DNA from: Epiperipatus broadwayi
Lineage: Eukaryota; Animalia; Onychophora
Assembly: GCA_028023455.1 (NCBI GenBank)
Contig: JAQFVV010000003.1
Location: 16,306,001 to 16,370,000 of the forward strand
Length of the DNA: 64,000 bases
Reading direction: 5' to 3'
A model generated the notes under the pieces. The model made no database searches. It had not been told where the DNA came from and worked only from the letters and a program-made list of their open reading frames with translations. A program made the translations under genes and the position numbers. This document shows, in pieces, positions 10,121 through 25,100 of this stretch (the stretch's first letter is position 1; each line of letters opens with the position of its first letter).

Positions 10121-13100
10121 GTAAGACTAACTATCCACAAAAAGTCTTCAACTGCATGTAGTCTGCAGATATTTATATACTTTCCTCTTTTTCTTCCCAT
10201 ATCTTTCTACATTGATTATATTAAATCAAATATAAATAGGGTTTTCCACAGTTAATTATTTTTGAAAGATTTCTATACTTTATATTGTAGTGGGTACTTA
10301 ATTGGCAAGAATAACAAGTTGCCAAACATAAGTGGAGAGTATGAAGTTAGTCAAAAGGAAAGAGATTCCAATTGAATAATAATTTTTATTTTAATTATAA
10401 ATACAGCTTTACTTAAACTTCAGGCTAATAATTTAAAACTCATTTTATTATTTTAATACACATTAACCAGCTCACAGCCATTTTGAATTCTAAGAACCAC
10501 CCAAAATCCCTACTGATATATCCAAGCAATGATATCGATTAAGCTATATATGGTCACAATACGACCATTCTTATAAAATCGCGAGTAATTAAAAAATTAA
10601 AACAAATTTCATATAATACAATTATGCTTGATCTAATCATGTGACTAAAATATACAAAGTCACAATTTACATCAATAATTCTAAAATTAAGGAGCAACTT
10701 TCATACAACTATGCAATCATGATCTCATTCATTACAAAATCGGGAGGAAGTTACAATTTCCAACATTGGTTTAAATAATATAAAAGTTTAAGTTCTATTC
10801 TAAATTTTAAATAAAGTTTAAATAGGGTATTTTTTTTTTGAAATTAAGTCTTTTTTTTAAACAGATTTAATTGGTCAAAATCAGATTTTAATTGAGTCAA
10901 TTTTATTAGGTATGTTTTGCGAAAAGCAGTGTAATTATTTTAGGTTTAGGATCAAAGTGTTAATTGGATATGTTTTTGAAAAACAATATAATTAATTGAT
11001 ATGTGAACTTAGTAAATTGTTTATCAAATTCCGTAGAACTAGTGAGAAACCAAAAATGACTAGTTTTATTTAATCAATTGATTCCAGCTTGAAGAGATAG
11101 TCAGTCATGCTGTAAGTTTCTCTCTATAACAGTGATAGCTTGGAAAAGAACCACTGAAGTATCAGCAAAGTCTCAATGCTAACTAAATTAACTGCTAAAT
11201 GAAATAGAAGTCATGAATGAATAAATAAAAACCTATAGGATCTCTTTTGGATTGTTTGCCTTAACCAAAATGGTATTCAGAATATTACTTTCTATATTTG
11301 CCGATTGTGAATCATCCCCAAACTAATTATGAGAATTAACTCACTTAGGAGAAGTTACCTGACTATGACACTTATCAAATATATATCATCTTCTAGCAGA
11401 ATAATTCAGGGACAGGTCATATGAGTACTAACAGATCACCTAGATATAAAAAATACTAGATGTCAAACTGTTATTTGCATATGTATTTTACACAGACTTT
11501 CATGTATAAACTTTAGGGGGAAAAACTTAGTTAATAGATTCCAAACTTAAATTTAGTTATCTCATTCTTGATTTACTTTGATTTTCTTTTATTATGTTAT
11601 ATTACCCTTTATTATTGTTAAAAATGCATTGCAAGATCCACATAAAGGTGCACTGATAAGGGAAGGGAGAATCAAAAAATAATTATGCTGCTTACCATGC
11701 TGATTTAATAATGGTTGAAGAAAACAACTAATAAAATTAAAGAAAAAGATCTTGAGATGTATTTCCAGTAGTGCACTCTTATGAAACAAACATAAGTCTG
11801 AATAAAGTTGCACCAGCCTCTTGTTTTGTACCATTTTATTCAGATTTATATTTGTTTCACAAGACTGTGTTGCTAGAAAAAAATAATATTTAATTATAAT
11901 ATTTTAGATTTGAATTTCTATCAGTAATATTAACCCGGTTTTATTTCTTGAAAATTATATATTACTGCTTGAAAATGGTGTGTTGTTTAGTATTATGAAC
12001 CTTCATATTAAAATTTTTATGTTAACTATCACATGTAAAACAATGTCAAGGATTTAAAATAAGTTTTATAAAAAAAAATACTTAGATTTAAATTGATTTC
12101 TAACTCAATTACCAAACAAAATTTATTTAACAATAGTATTTGCATGAATATATATGTTAATAATGCAAATTTTGATTGATTAATGTATATATTTTTGAAA
12201 GTGAATGAATGAATTAATTTTGAAAGCATTACATTGATATTTGGAAAATCTGTAACTACTGATAATTTCTACCTTATTGAAATGTAATTAAAGTTAAAGA
12301 GAAAAAAAGATATTGAATAATGAGAATTTAAGTTAACCATAATAGAAATTTATACTTTATCTCTGAGACTGCATATAGTGGGAATTAATTGCCATTGAAT
12401 ACTTACAGAATGATTTTAAAGAATTAAATGTGAAATTGCATATACATTTACATTATGGAGTAATATAAATTATAAAATTATCATTGTTATTTATAATTAA
12501 TTCTATTTACTATTATCCATGCTCATGCATATGATTTAAGAAAAATGTGTTGATCATGGATTTAATCATTTTGTTTGCTTTTGTGTTTAAATAATAAATA
12601 TAATGTTAATATGTTAAAGATAAATTTATTTGCTATATGCAGTTAACTTCACCCTGCTCTATGTGTCTTTATGAGCATGTTTTAATTGATATTTTGTATG
12701 GGTATTATATTCAAGGATTTAGTGATATGATCGTACAACTTCATTGTAATTTTATTAATTAATTCCACCCTGAAGTACTGTAACCTTGATTAATTTCCAT
12801 TGTGATGCAGTATGGGCAATATCATTAAGATGATGATGACTTGAAATGATTATTTATGAAGATTAAGAAACCTTAAAGTTTCTGTCAACACACTATATTT
12901 GTAATGAACAAATTTATTATTAAAGTTCACTTCCAAAGTATTGGACATACCAGTCTAAAAATATGCTTAATGCACTCATGACATTATTTGAGTTACATTA
13001 AACACAATCATGTGATTCATTTTAGAGAAAAGAGAAAATGCCATTTAAATTTTAAGGTAAATTACTCAGAGAAAAGAAATCATTTAGAAAGTATAAAATG

Positions 13101-16100
13101 AAGTTCATCTAAATATTTATATGAAGGTGAAATTCAAAAATATTGAATTATCAACTAGTGATGGTTTTGTAAAGAACTTTGCATATGAATACATTTTATT
13201 ACCACATTTCTCAAATTAATATTAACTCATGTTTAGTTTCTTTATTGGTACATAGGTTGCAGAGAAACCAGAAATAATTGGATTGTGTGATGGTTATGGA
13301 CTGGAATAGTATAAAGAGGCATTCAAAGGCAATATTTTAATTGTTTTTATTGCTAGTTTATTTTATAATGTTGGAGAATATTGGCTAGAGTATCATTTAC
13401 TATATGAAGGAAGTTCAAAATAGAAAGGTTAGGGTAGGACCCGATGACATCCAATTGCCTCAACACAATATAAACATAAAAAATTTATCAATCTCTTCTC
13501 CAGCACTTTAAGCTCTTACTGTTCATATTGAAAACTAGCTTCATTTGAAGGTCTAACCATCCTACTGTTACAATATTATGTTTTATTTACATTTATCAAT
13601 ATGCTATTATAAAATCAATCTTAAAAATTAGATTTAATATTTCATTATAAATATTTATATTTGTGGTTAAATATAAAAATTCAGAAAACTATTGAACCTT
13701 CACAACAGTCACCTTGATTAAAGAATATAATAAAGAAATTGCACTGTTTTAAGTGTTTATGGAATTGAATGAATATTATTTATGTTTACAAATTTACTGA
13801 ACAAAAAAAATCTCAACAGATAGTTCATTTACTTATTCTTGAAAGCTCAGCCAAGACTATTTTTTCCTATTCAAAACAAACAATCACCTAGTGTTTTTAT
13901 TCTGAAGCTTGTCCTGAAAAACTGCCACAATTCATTCGTCAGTCAGTCAAGCAGTTGTTTATCTATTTCTTTTTAAATGTTCATATAACACAATGAAAGA
14001 TATTTAAAATATCCGAAATTGTCATTCTAGAAAGAAATTTAAACTGTGATTATCATACATGGTTTCAATTTTTTCGAGGCAAAGTTGCTTTAAAAGTAGC
14101 ATTGCTCATAGAATTATTGTAACCCGTCAATGCACTCTCATTTGCAAATTCTACATTATTCTATATCTACTTATTATTCATGCTTATATTCTGCTGACTT
14201 ACAATAGTATGATTAATCAGATATTCCATATATTTTTTCTCAAAAATAACAATTGATAAACTTCAACTATTCAAAGATTATGTTTCCAACTTCTGCATTT
14301 AAAATCATTTACCTGCATTAGTAGCAAATACTCATCACTAATGAATGATTGGGTATTATAACACAGTTATAATATTATTGCTTACATACTCCACCTATCT
14401 CTAGATAAAGAACTTGACATACAGGCAGACTTTAAGAATATGAAAAAGAGATAAGGATGACATAAGGGAATATAAGTTAGAACTGTCAATGAAAACTATA
14501 TAAAGGGTCAAAGTCTTTAAAAATATAGAGCAATATCTTGGTGTTAGAGCACTAACAAAAATAAAATTGTGCTATTATTAAAAATAGGGACAATGTCATG
14601 AATAAATAGAGGTGTAAAGAACTATATTGTGATAAAGAATCAGAAATCAAAGAAGCCTCTAATTATAAAATCTTTTGAAATTCTGGTGAGACATATGACT
14701 AAATATATGGCTTCATGATGAGATAGAATTATGATTTTTTTTAAAAAAAAACATCACAAAATAGAGAAATTATTGGCAAAGCTATATACCAAATATTTAC
14801 ATGCTAAATTTGTACCAGATGATTCGAAGCCAAAGTAATATTGATATTTAAGAAATATAGATATTGGAAATTATAGACTTGTCATTCTTCTGCTTTTATA
14901 CACAAGATGTTTATAGATATAATAAACACCTCCATACTTCCTCATTGTTTTTAAATTCATATAAATAAAGATACAATAAATGACAAATGATAAAAATCAG
15001 ATATATTAATATTTAACTGAGGTTTAAAGTTTATATCTGTGCTAGAGATAATCTCTAGTTTCGATAATGATTAGTAATAATCATTATTGTATTTATCTGA
15101 AATGGATGGCGTCAAAGTTGTGAGTAGAGGGAAGATGAAAATGTAACAAGATGTTTACTAAGATCATTGCAGCTTATTTAGTAAGAACTTTAGACATAAA
15201 CCAATCAAAATAAGATAAATGAATCTAAACATGTTTACAGTACAATGAATCACACTCAAATATTAAAATAAGTTACGGAAGAACCAATGAGTATGAATAG
15301 TCTTTTTTGTTGTTGTTAATAAAAAATCAAATTAAGAAATATATTTAAAAAAAGAAGAAAAACCATAACTTAAAATATATCAATAATGTATATAAATAAT
15401 ACAAAAAAAACTGTCAGATTGTGATAAACAGAGCAGCCAAAATTCAAAAAACATTAATCGCAAAGAACAATTTGCCAAGGGCTTTCAGTACAGTATACCA
15501 GAATCATGGAGACATATTGCACTGGAATATTAACTGTTCAGTTCCAATATGTCACCAGATTCTGATATACTGTACTGAAAGTGCTTGGCAAATTATTCTT
15601 TGCGATTAATGGTTTTTGAATTTTGGCTACTCTGTTTATCAAGATTTATATGTGAAGAATAATTTTCAATAATGTATATAGGTATATAATCTGAGGTAAT
15701 TAATATTATATATAATTAACATATTACTATAATATAATTGTTTTTGTTTGTTTAATATTATCTTATTTAATATAAAAATTGAAGAAAGATAATTATTTAA
15801 ATAATTTATGACAATCTTTTCTTACAATAAAAGCTAGATAAGGCTAACTAGAAAAAGAATGAAATTTTGTGTGAAATATATTTAATTTATATAGCTAACT
15901 AAATAATAATATAATAAATTTGTAAATTATGAGCATTCCAGTGTTAATTAAAGCTTAAGAATATTAAGAAAGACTCAACAATGATTATATTATGTGATGA
16001 TAATAAGGAATTAATATTGATATGAGTGTATAGCTGATAGTCCATACCTTCAAAGCTTTTTTCAATACTTTTATAAAAAGTATTTTGTGGAATTTACATG

Positions 16101-19100
16101 AGCAGACAAGAAAATAAAAATACATAGATAGTACTCAAATCAATTAGATTTTGTAAATGAAGTGGTTATTTTTGCAAATAATGCTTTTGAGATTCAAGAA
16201 ATAAAAGTTATTATATGAATGCAAGAAAGTAGGCTTAAAGTTAGATACTAAAAAGATTTTATTATTATTCATTGATTTAAAAAAAGAAAAAATAATTAAT
16301 TAAAAATATCTTAGATTATTAATGATGCTATGCATATGGAAACAATGGATAAAGTTAATTAAACTTGGATGAAAGTATGTACGGTTGTTATTAAAAAGAA
16401 AGGTGCATGTGAGAAAATGGGTCTGACAATGCTATCATATAGGATAATCAGTAGATATGAGCAATACTTAGACTGTAGATTACAAAGTAAAATACATGGG
16501 TGGAAGAATAAGCAGGTACCATTGACATTATTGAAAGAGATAAATGACTGAAGTGGAATTGAACTGAAGCCTGAGATATTGTGAAAAAGCCTAGAATAAG
16601 ACCACATATAAAAGAATAGACTATCAAGAAAGTTTTGGGGATTGATGTGGTAAAGAAAAGTTATGGATTAGACAACTGGATTACCCCACAACTTCTACAA
16701 TGCATATTTGTATTATAAATATTATAAAGTTACATCTGATACCGTTTTAGAGGAAAGTGTAGTTTTGTAATATAATTAAGGTTCCAAATTTGATTTTTAA
16801 TATTGTAAGCATTATTTACAATATGTGCTTATATAACCAGAGATTGCAAAAAATGGATAATAAAATTGCTTTTGTTTAGATTTAATTGATATAGCTTCTA
16901 CCTGGGATCAGTTGTTGGTTGCTTTCTTTTAGGAAATGAATGATCAAATATTATAATAAATACATTTGATTTTTATTATTGTGGAGATTTTTTACAATAT
17001 GTATTATAATATTTGTATAAAAAAAGTAGAAAAAAAATGTAGAAATAAAATTACTTACATTTAGACTAAAATGATATGGGATACCACTAAACCCCCAAAT
17101 AAGTAACATGAAACATATTATTTGATCAATTTTTCAAAAAAAAGTTATCGCTAGAAAGGTACCAAGATGACATCTGCTGAATATATAAAATTAAGGCACC
17201 AATATCTCAAACAAGTTCTTATTTAATAAATGCAACAAGAGAAAATATTTAAAACTCTATCTAGAATATTCCTATCCCCAGACCAATTAGTTTTGAGCTT
17301 ATGGCTCATCTCAATGAGGAGCTAGAACATTCAGATACGAGATCCAAAATATTAACTCAAAACCCAGCACTTATTTAAGACATATCTAATGAGAAGAAAA
17401 TCTGAAATTTTCAGACATAAAAATGTCTTTAAGTCCAGCTGCTTAACTCAAGTAGTTATATGGGACTGAACCAAATTCAAATCTACCATATATTAGCCTT
17501 AGCATCACCAAAGTTTTAAACGTAAAATTATAATAATCAATAAAGCAAGTCATATATAATGTGACATTGCTTTTAAAAAGCTTATATTTACAAATATGTA
17601 ATATATAATATAGGAAGCATACCAATAGCTCAAACAAGCTCTTATTTAATAAGTGTAATAAGAGAAAATATTTAAAATCTCTCTATCTAGAATATTCCTA
17701 TCTCCAGACCAATTGGTTTTGAGCTTATGGTTCATCTCAATGAGGAGCTAGAACATTCAGACACCAAATCTAAAATATCAACTCAAAACCCAGCACTTAT
17801 TTAATACATAACTATTGAGAAGAAAATCTGAAATTTTCAGACAAAAATGTCTTTAAATCCCACTATCTAACTCAAATTGCTTTTGTATTTAAACATATTT
17901 TTATGACTGAAAATTTCAGATTTTCTTCTCAATAGTTATGTATTAAATAAGTGTTGGGTTTTGAATTGATATTTTAGATCTAATCTCTGAATGTTCTAGC
18001 TCCTCCTAAGGTGAGCCATAAACTCAAAACCAATTGGTCTGGAGATAGGAATATTCTAGATAGAGATTTTAAATATTTTCTCCTACCACACTTATTAAAT
18101 AAGAGCTTGTTTGAGCTATTGGTATGCTCCCTATATTACATATTTGTAAATACAAGCTTTTTAAACGCAATGTCATGTTATATATGACTTGATTTATTGA
18201 TTATTAAAATTAAGGCACATTCTAGTAGCCGTTAATGGTTAGTTGAAGAGATTTTTATCTTATAGTGAATTGATAATGATTTAAAATAAAGATGTAGGCT
18301 TCAGTTTTGCATATCATATTGAAACATCTGTTTCACTTGTATTCAGCATTAGAGATGATCAAATTGCATGTTCATTCAGTATTGCCAGACTTTAAAATAC
18401 TTCCTGGATTTTGTGAGATTTTATCATATTTACAATGAACTATGCTAGAGTGTGCACAGCCAATGTTTCTATTAACAATAACTATAATGTTTGATCTTGA
18501 TGTGCATATGCTTGTTCTTCTTTTTGCCAAATGATCTCATAAATATCTTTATCCGTGATGAGCTGAATTGTTTGAAATCACATTTCATATTATTTTAATA
18601 TCATTGATATTTTTAAATCATTAGGATTTACAATACTATTGATATTTCATAATTGTGTTAACCACATGCATGCATCATATATATTGACCACAGCTTTTTA
18701 CTAATGTCAACTGTGTAAACTTACCATTGCTATACTAAATCCAATGGTTGTTAACCTTGATAATATCAGTCAAAAATATTTGCTTTATAATATTAATATT
18801 AAGTAATTAATATTTTATAAACTGTCATTCTCATCATGGAGTTAAAAATTATATTTTTAGGATTTATTTTATCTGGTAAATTGAAACTACTTTCTAGCAT
18901 CATCCAACTAAATAAGTCAAGAAAGCATTTGCAGTACTGTCTCTCCACACCACTACTTTTCACTATTTACATTGAACAGTTTATAGATGGCACTACCCTC
19001 TCCTTGTGTAGATGACATATTTCTTACATTTCCAGAAATCACTAATATACTAACATTTTTCAATAATTTCAGAATCATAATGGCTCAGATACCAGATTGT

Positions 19101-22100
19101 GTCAATTGGTCATAAATAGAAATATTTAATTAAGGTACTAAACTGCCCCTCACCTTTCCTTGGAATTTGAATATATTTCTTTAATGTCATGATAGGGCAG
19201 TATTTCAATAAATTACTTATTGAGAAATTTTATGTTTAACATTTCTCTCCTCCAACTTTACTAAATAATAAAGCTGAGAATCATCAATGTAGTTTTAATT
19301 AGCTTGATAGAATATTATGGTCCTTCGATTCAGATTCTTATGTAGTCATCTCTTATCTTCAATTTCTGTCTTACACAACTATTTTCCAATCACTCTGGAT
19401 GTCTAAATTTAATCTGTGTAGAAGTTTTCCACTGACTTTAACTTATATCTAACTGATCTTATTTTTACATTAGTTTCTCTATTTGTAATTTATTGTCTAT
19501 AGAACACATCCATCTTAGACTTTGTCATTGTATTTGTAAACCACTAAATGGGCTAAATTTGGTCTCACTAATAAATTTAATATTGTCATATTCTATTCAT
19601 ACTCATTTAAATTGCAAAAAACTTATTTCCATATTTGTACTCTGTAGAGTAATGTAAGATTTGTCTTTAGTTTTTAATCAAAATACTAATAATGATCACT
19701 AGAAACATATTTGAATCATGAAGTATTTTCAATGAGAGTCAATAGTAATTTCAGAGACTGCCATAATGCTGTTTTTAAGACAAAATAACATGATTTAAAA
19801 ATCTGGCAAGAAATGTTCACAATAATAGTTAAATATAAAAGATGACATGTTATAAATATAATTGTGTACACATATAGTAAATAACATAACCGTTTTTTTC
19901 TCTTTCCTCCTATTTGTCTATATTGCTTTTTGTTTATTGTATGGTTAATTTTTCAGTAGGTCAAGTAGCAAATTGATAAAAACATAATGGCTTCATTCAT
20001 TTTGTCAAATATTTCAATCTGAAATTGTTCCATAAACTTTTCACTCTGGATCTTCTTGGATGATGTTCATATTTCTTAGGAAAAGACAGCAATGAAATAA
20101 TATTTTTAATATTATAGAGTTAGAAAAAAGAAAAATGGAACAGACAAAAGCTAACCCAAAAATAGTCATTTTAAAATCATCTGATTCTCCAACTCTTCAA
20201 AGATTGGTTGAAGTTGTCAAGAGCAGTATGTAATATACTATATAAGATGAATGGATGCATGAGTAGTTAGATATAAACATCACATGATCACCATTTCTTA
20301 TGCTTGCTTAGAACTGTTATTAAAACAGGCAAAACTCTCAATACAGTATTGCCACTCAGTGCAAGCTAGAGTAATCAATGGTGCCAGAAGGCTTGTGATA
20401 AAATCCTAATCTAGTGCCTACTCATCCAATAACCCCAGACTAGTTTCTGGCTTATGGCCTTTGTCAGTGAGGTACCTTGGATCTGAGAGCACTGCACCTA
20501 GATCTAGGATCTAATACAATGTTCCAGCAGCCACCTTTTACCTCTACTTAATTAGAAAACTATGAATCTTGAATTAAAAACACAATATTTTCAATCCAAG
20601 CTCATTAGCATATATTGTCATGTAGGTCTGAACTCAGTGCAGTATCTATTTATTTTAGTGTCTTTGATTTTTTAATAATAATAGCCACCATGATCCTATT
20701 AGGCAGGTTTGGTTTTTTAAGCCAATAAACATCACATAATCTCCATTTCTTATGCTTGCTTAGAACTGTTATTAAAACAGGCAAAATTATCCATATAGTA
20801 TTGCCACTCAGTGCAAGCCAGAGTAATTAATGGTGCCAGAAGGCTTGTGCATAAAATCCCAATCTAGTGCCTACTCATCCAATATCCCCAGACTAGTTTC
20901 AGAGTTTTGCTGTTTTAATTTAGTTAGATAAATGTGGGTTCATTTATCATACTAACTAGATAATAGATAAATGTAAGATGAAATTACAACTAGTTCGGTG
21001 AAGTAATAACTATCAATTAAGTGGAGAGTTCCTTTCTTCTATTATTTTTAATAGTCACTTTTGAAATTAATTTTAAATAAACCATTATTGTCTCAAAACC
21101 AAACAAAAGTATAGAAAGTATTATTTTTGACTGGGTGAGTGTAGATGATTCACTGAAAATTTGCATATGGAAAAGAAAAAAAATCTGAAGAATTAAATAG
21201 GAAAATATTACATTGTTTTTTTTTTTTTGTTAATTATGAATAGTATAAATTAAAAATATTTATAGTATTCAAATACTAAATGTAAATTATACCGCAAATG
21301 TAAGAATTAATCGAAGTACATAATGTTTGTGAACTGATAATTCAGCAAATTAAATCAATCAAGCGCTGTTAGCCGAGAGGTCATCGCGGCCGCCTTGCAA
21401 GCAAGTAGTTGGTTGCAGACGGTTGTGGGTTCGCGTTCCGGCCGGTGCTATGACATATGAAAAAAAAAAAAAAACAATAACATTAGATGATTCTTTAAAT
21501 TGAAGAAGACATTCCTGGACTTGTAAAATCATTAATGGAAAGTGTGATTTTAGTTCTAGATTATTCTTTCTTTATATAAATGAACAACGCATTAATGAGA
21601 AAAATATTTTGGCTGCTTTTTCTTAATATAATGTTAATACATTGTACAGGCTTAAACCTGCATTTATATATGTAATATATGCGGGGTTCGCAATATGAGA
21701 TGGCAACTGAGAGTGGTGGGTTGTGTGAAAGTCTGAGTTCGAACTCCGCATATATTAATATAATGTTATAATTTTAAGATAGATTATCTAAAAATATATA
21801 TACAGTATAAGCAAAAAAAAAAAAAACGTCTATTATTTTATATATATTAAAGAATACTATTAAATCATGACAATGAAAATCGGCTTTTTACTAATTAACC
21901 TGGGGGGGGGGGGGCGACTAGTTCAGCAAAATCTAGCATTTGTGCAAATTAGAAATAATACAAATAAAAACAACAACTTCGTACTCAATATTGAATTGTT
22001 AGTAAACTGCAAAAAAAATTATCCCATAACAATAGATTCATGGATTCAATTTTTTCATGCAATACTTGAAAAATTAGCTACACAGATTATTACACAATTA

Positions 22101-25100
22101 GTGGCAATTTAAAAACAATCTAGTCGATAGGATTATATCTTCGAACTGTTGCTCATGTTTAACTTACCAGTAATTTATTATAGTAGAAGCATAATACTCT
22201 ACTTGGTTTGGTGCATTGGTAGAGTGCCAGACAGGATTTCAAAATCCTTGCATGTGCAGCCTAGTTTTCACTTCCAATAGAGCTTCTTAAGAACAATTTC
22301 TTTTTTTTATACAGAAACTTGGTCATATTAATATCTCTAATAAATGTAAATCTATGTATTTTTATTGACACCTCAATTGGTTTGAACGTTCCCACCCAAA
22401 AAGTTGCGTTTTAATTTGGAATGGAGTGTTGCCATATTGAATTTTTAAAGAATTGAGTTGAGACACAAATTTTCATAATAACTTCAGTTTTAAAAAAGTT
22501 AGAGCCAAAAGCTATAAATTAAGAAAAAAAAGAATTCCAATATCCTAAAAAATTATTACTTTTCTCTTTGTTCATAATTTTAATTCATTTTAAATAAGTT
22601 TTAAAATTACATTTTAATTGATAATTTCTATGTATTACTCACAAAATTCTGACTCAAAACATATATAATACTTTTGACCCGAAATAATCCATAGTTTCAG
22701 AACTTACAAAAAGAGAACGATAAGAATTTGTCAGTTTTTCTAGTATTCCAAAGGTTAAAAAATCACAAAGCATCTATAAGATAAAAGATACAAAATAAAT
22801 TATTTCTAAAAGATGGATATGCATTTGTAATCATAGCAATTGGCTACTTGTCTATCCAAAACTAGAAAATGAAGGTTATTGTGTTTATCAATGATAAAAT
22901 GAGTCTTCTCTCTCCATTTTATATTTTGTGTCCAAGAGTGATGCTATCTTGTTATATTTATTGTCCCACAGAGATGTAATTTGAATATAGCTCATTTGCT
23001 AGCTGTAGACTTGAAAATAATGTGATGTAAGATGTGGCAAAACTATTGACTCAACAGCATGAGTACCAAGGCATAGGCAAGAATCTGGATTTGATTCTTT
23101 GCCTGCATATAATTCCATGTGGTATACATAACCATTGTGGCTATCACCACTCACCCATTACTTGAAACCTCCATTGGTTTTAAGAGTTTATATTGTCACA
23201 TGTTACTATGCCCAATAAATTTTGTGATTGCTTCATTAACTGCAACCTTTCTGCACATCTGATAATCAGCCTTAAAATTTACATTATTATTCTACAATAG
23301 CCTAATTTTATAAATGTAATCAAAATCATTACTTGTTATACAAACACAAACAAGCTAGTACAAACACCCTAATACAAATATAGGCATGCTAATAAATTAT
23401 TAAACCTTTTCAGAGTCATTATGTCTATAAAATAAGGAAGTCTCAAACTTTGATCAGAGTCTCAAAATTCCATTCATATATTCAGCTATACATACAGTCA
23501 AAATCACTTTTGTTATACAAACACAGACAAGCTAGTACAAACACACTAATTATAAGTATTACTGACAATTAGGTTCATTAAATAATATCTTTTTAAAATA
23601 ATAATAATCAAGTAATAAAAAGTCTAAAATTGAATACTTACATTAATTATGTTTTGTTTTTGGGATGAAAGCTTTGAAACTTCAAAATCTTCGATGCATG
23701 TTGAAAATTAATTTTTTTCCATGAAAAATTTACGCCTTCTTTTCTCCCGATTTTAACAAGACATATATCATTTGAAAAATGCAATTAATCCACAAAGAAT
23801 GATGATATTGGCACATGTGTATTCCATTCAGTTTTTCCAAAATTTTAAAATGAAAACAAAGACATTATAATTTCAAATGAATGCAGCAATTGTGCTGCAC
23901 ATTGTGATGCAAATACCTAGTTGGCAAGATTATATCTTCAAACTATTGCTCATGTGATTTTAACTTACCTGTAATTGATTATAGTAGAAAGATAACACTC
24001 TACTTGGGATGGTCCTATAAACAAACATTTAATGTAATAGTACAAAGAAGGAAGAAAATAGTGGTTTACCTATTTGGATTATAATATAATGGATTAACTA
24101 ATATTTAAGGTATTATAATTTGTAGTTGATTTCATTTTTGCCTTTAATTATACCATAATATTTAAATGTTTCAGTTTATAAGATTGAATCACGTGTTTTC
24201 CCCACAGTTGGAGTAATCTTGGATTTGGTATTTATATGAATAATTTTACATGTTATGTTGAAGATGGCTTATGGTCAATAAATCAGTAAGATTTTTTTTT
24301 AAGTCTCAAAAATTGCCTTGGGAGAGCTGATTATTTTAATGTGATAGTAAACAGTGTAATTGTTAGCAATTAATTAATTGGCTGATTAGTTAATCTTTAT
24401 TAGTTGAAATTAATTTATATATTTATTTCAGTTTAGCAATACATGTATTTGAATTGTAATTCGTAATGTACATGTATATTCATAAGGATAAAATTTTAAT
24501 GATTACATATTTATATTGTGTAGATTTAGACTTGCAAAATTCCATATAAAAATCATGAGAAAAATAATTTGTCCTCTAGGATTTCAGGGCATATCCTTTT
24601 GGGTGGGGAATCAAAGAATTGCCTTCCTTTGGACTCAAATTTTATAAAAGACAAATACTAGAATTTATAAGCTATTGATTGGAATAAAAAATGTTGACAA
24701 TCTACCATTATAGATTTTGCAGGATATTATTGTATTAATGATCAATTTTTAAGTTTTAATTTTATCATTAATGCCATCTTATTGTAGGTACCAGAGAAAA
24801 AAAAATTCAGTGTATAAATGTGAATTTATTTGACCTTAAAGCTTTAATTGGAAGTGGAATCTGAGAAATTATTAATAGAATTTCTATTTCAACTATTCTT
24901 ACTTGCTTTTTTCTGCTTTAGTTGTATGGGGAAAAATTGAAAGGTATATTGCCCAAAAGTTCATATGAAGTTTAAACGTTGGAAATGATAGGATTGAACT
25001 GCAATCCATGAATTTAAGCTATAGATTTTGCCACTGCATTAAGCTATGCAGGACCTGTTTTCTAACATATTATTTTAAATTTATATGAAGAATAGATTTT

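Noticed and set aside
12643-12762. 40-codon open frame after an AG (LTSPCSMCLYEHVLIDILYGYYIQGFSDM..)
   Set aside because: No convincing donor in the phase needed, and the gene model joins without it; may be chance or a TE relic.
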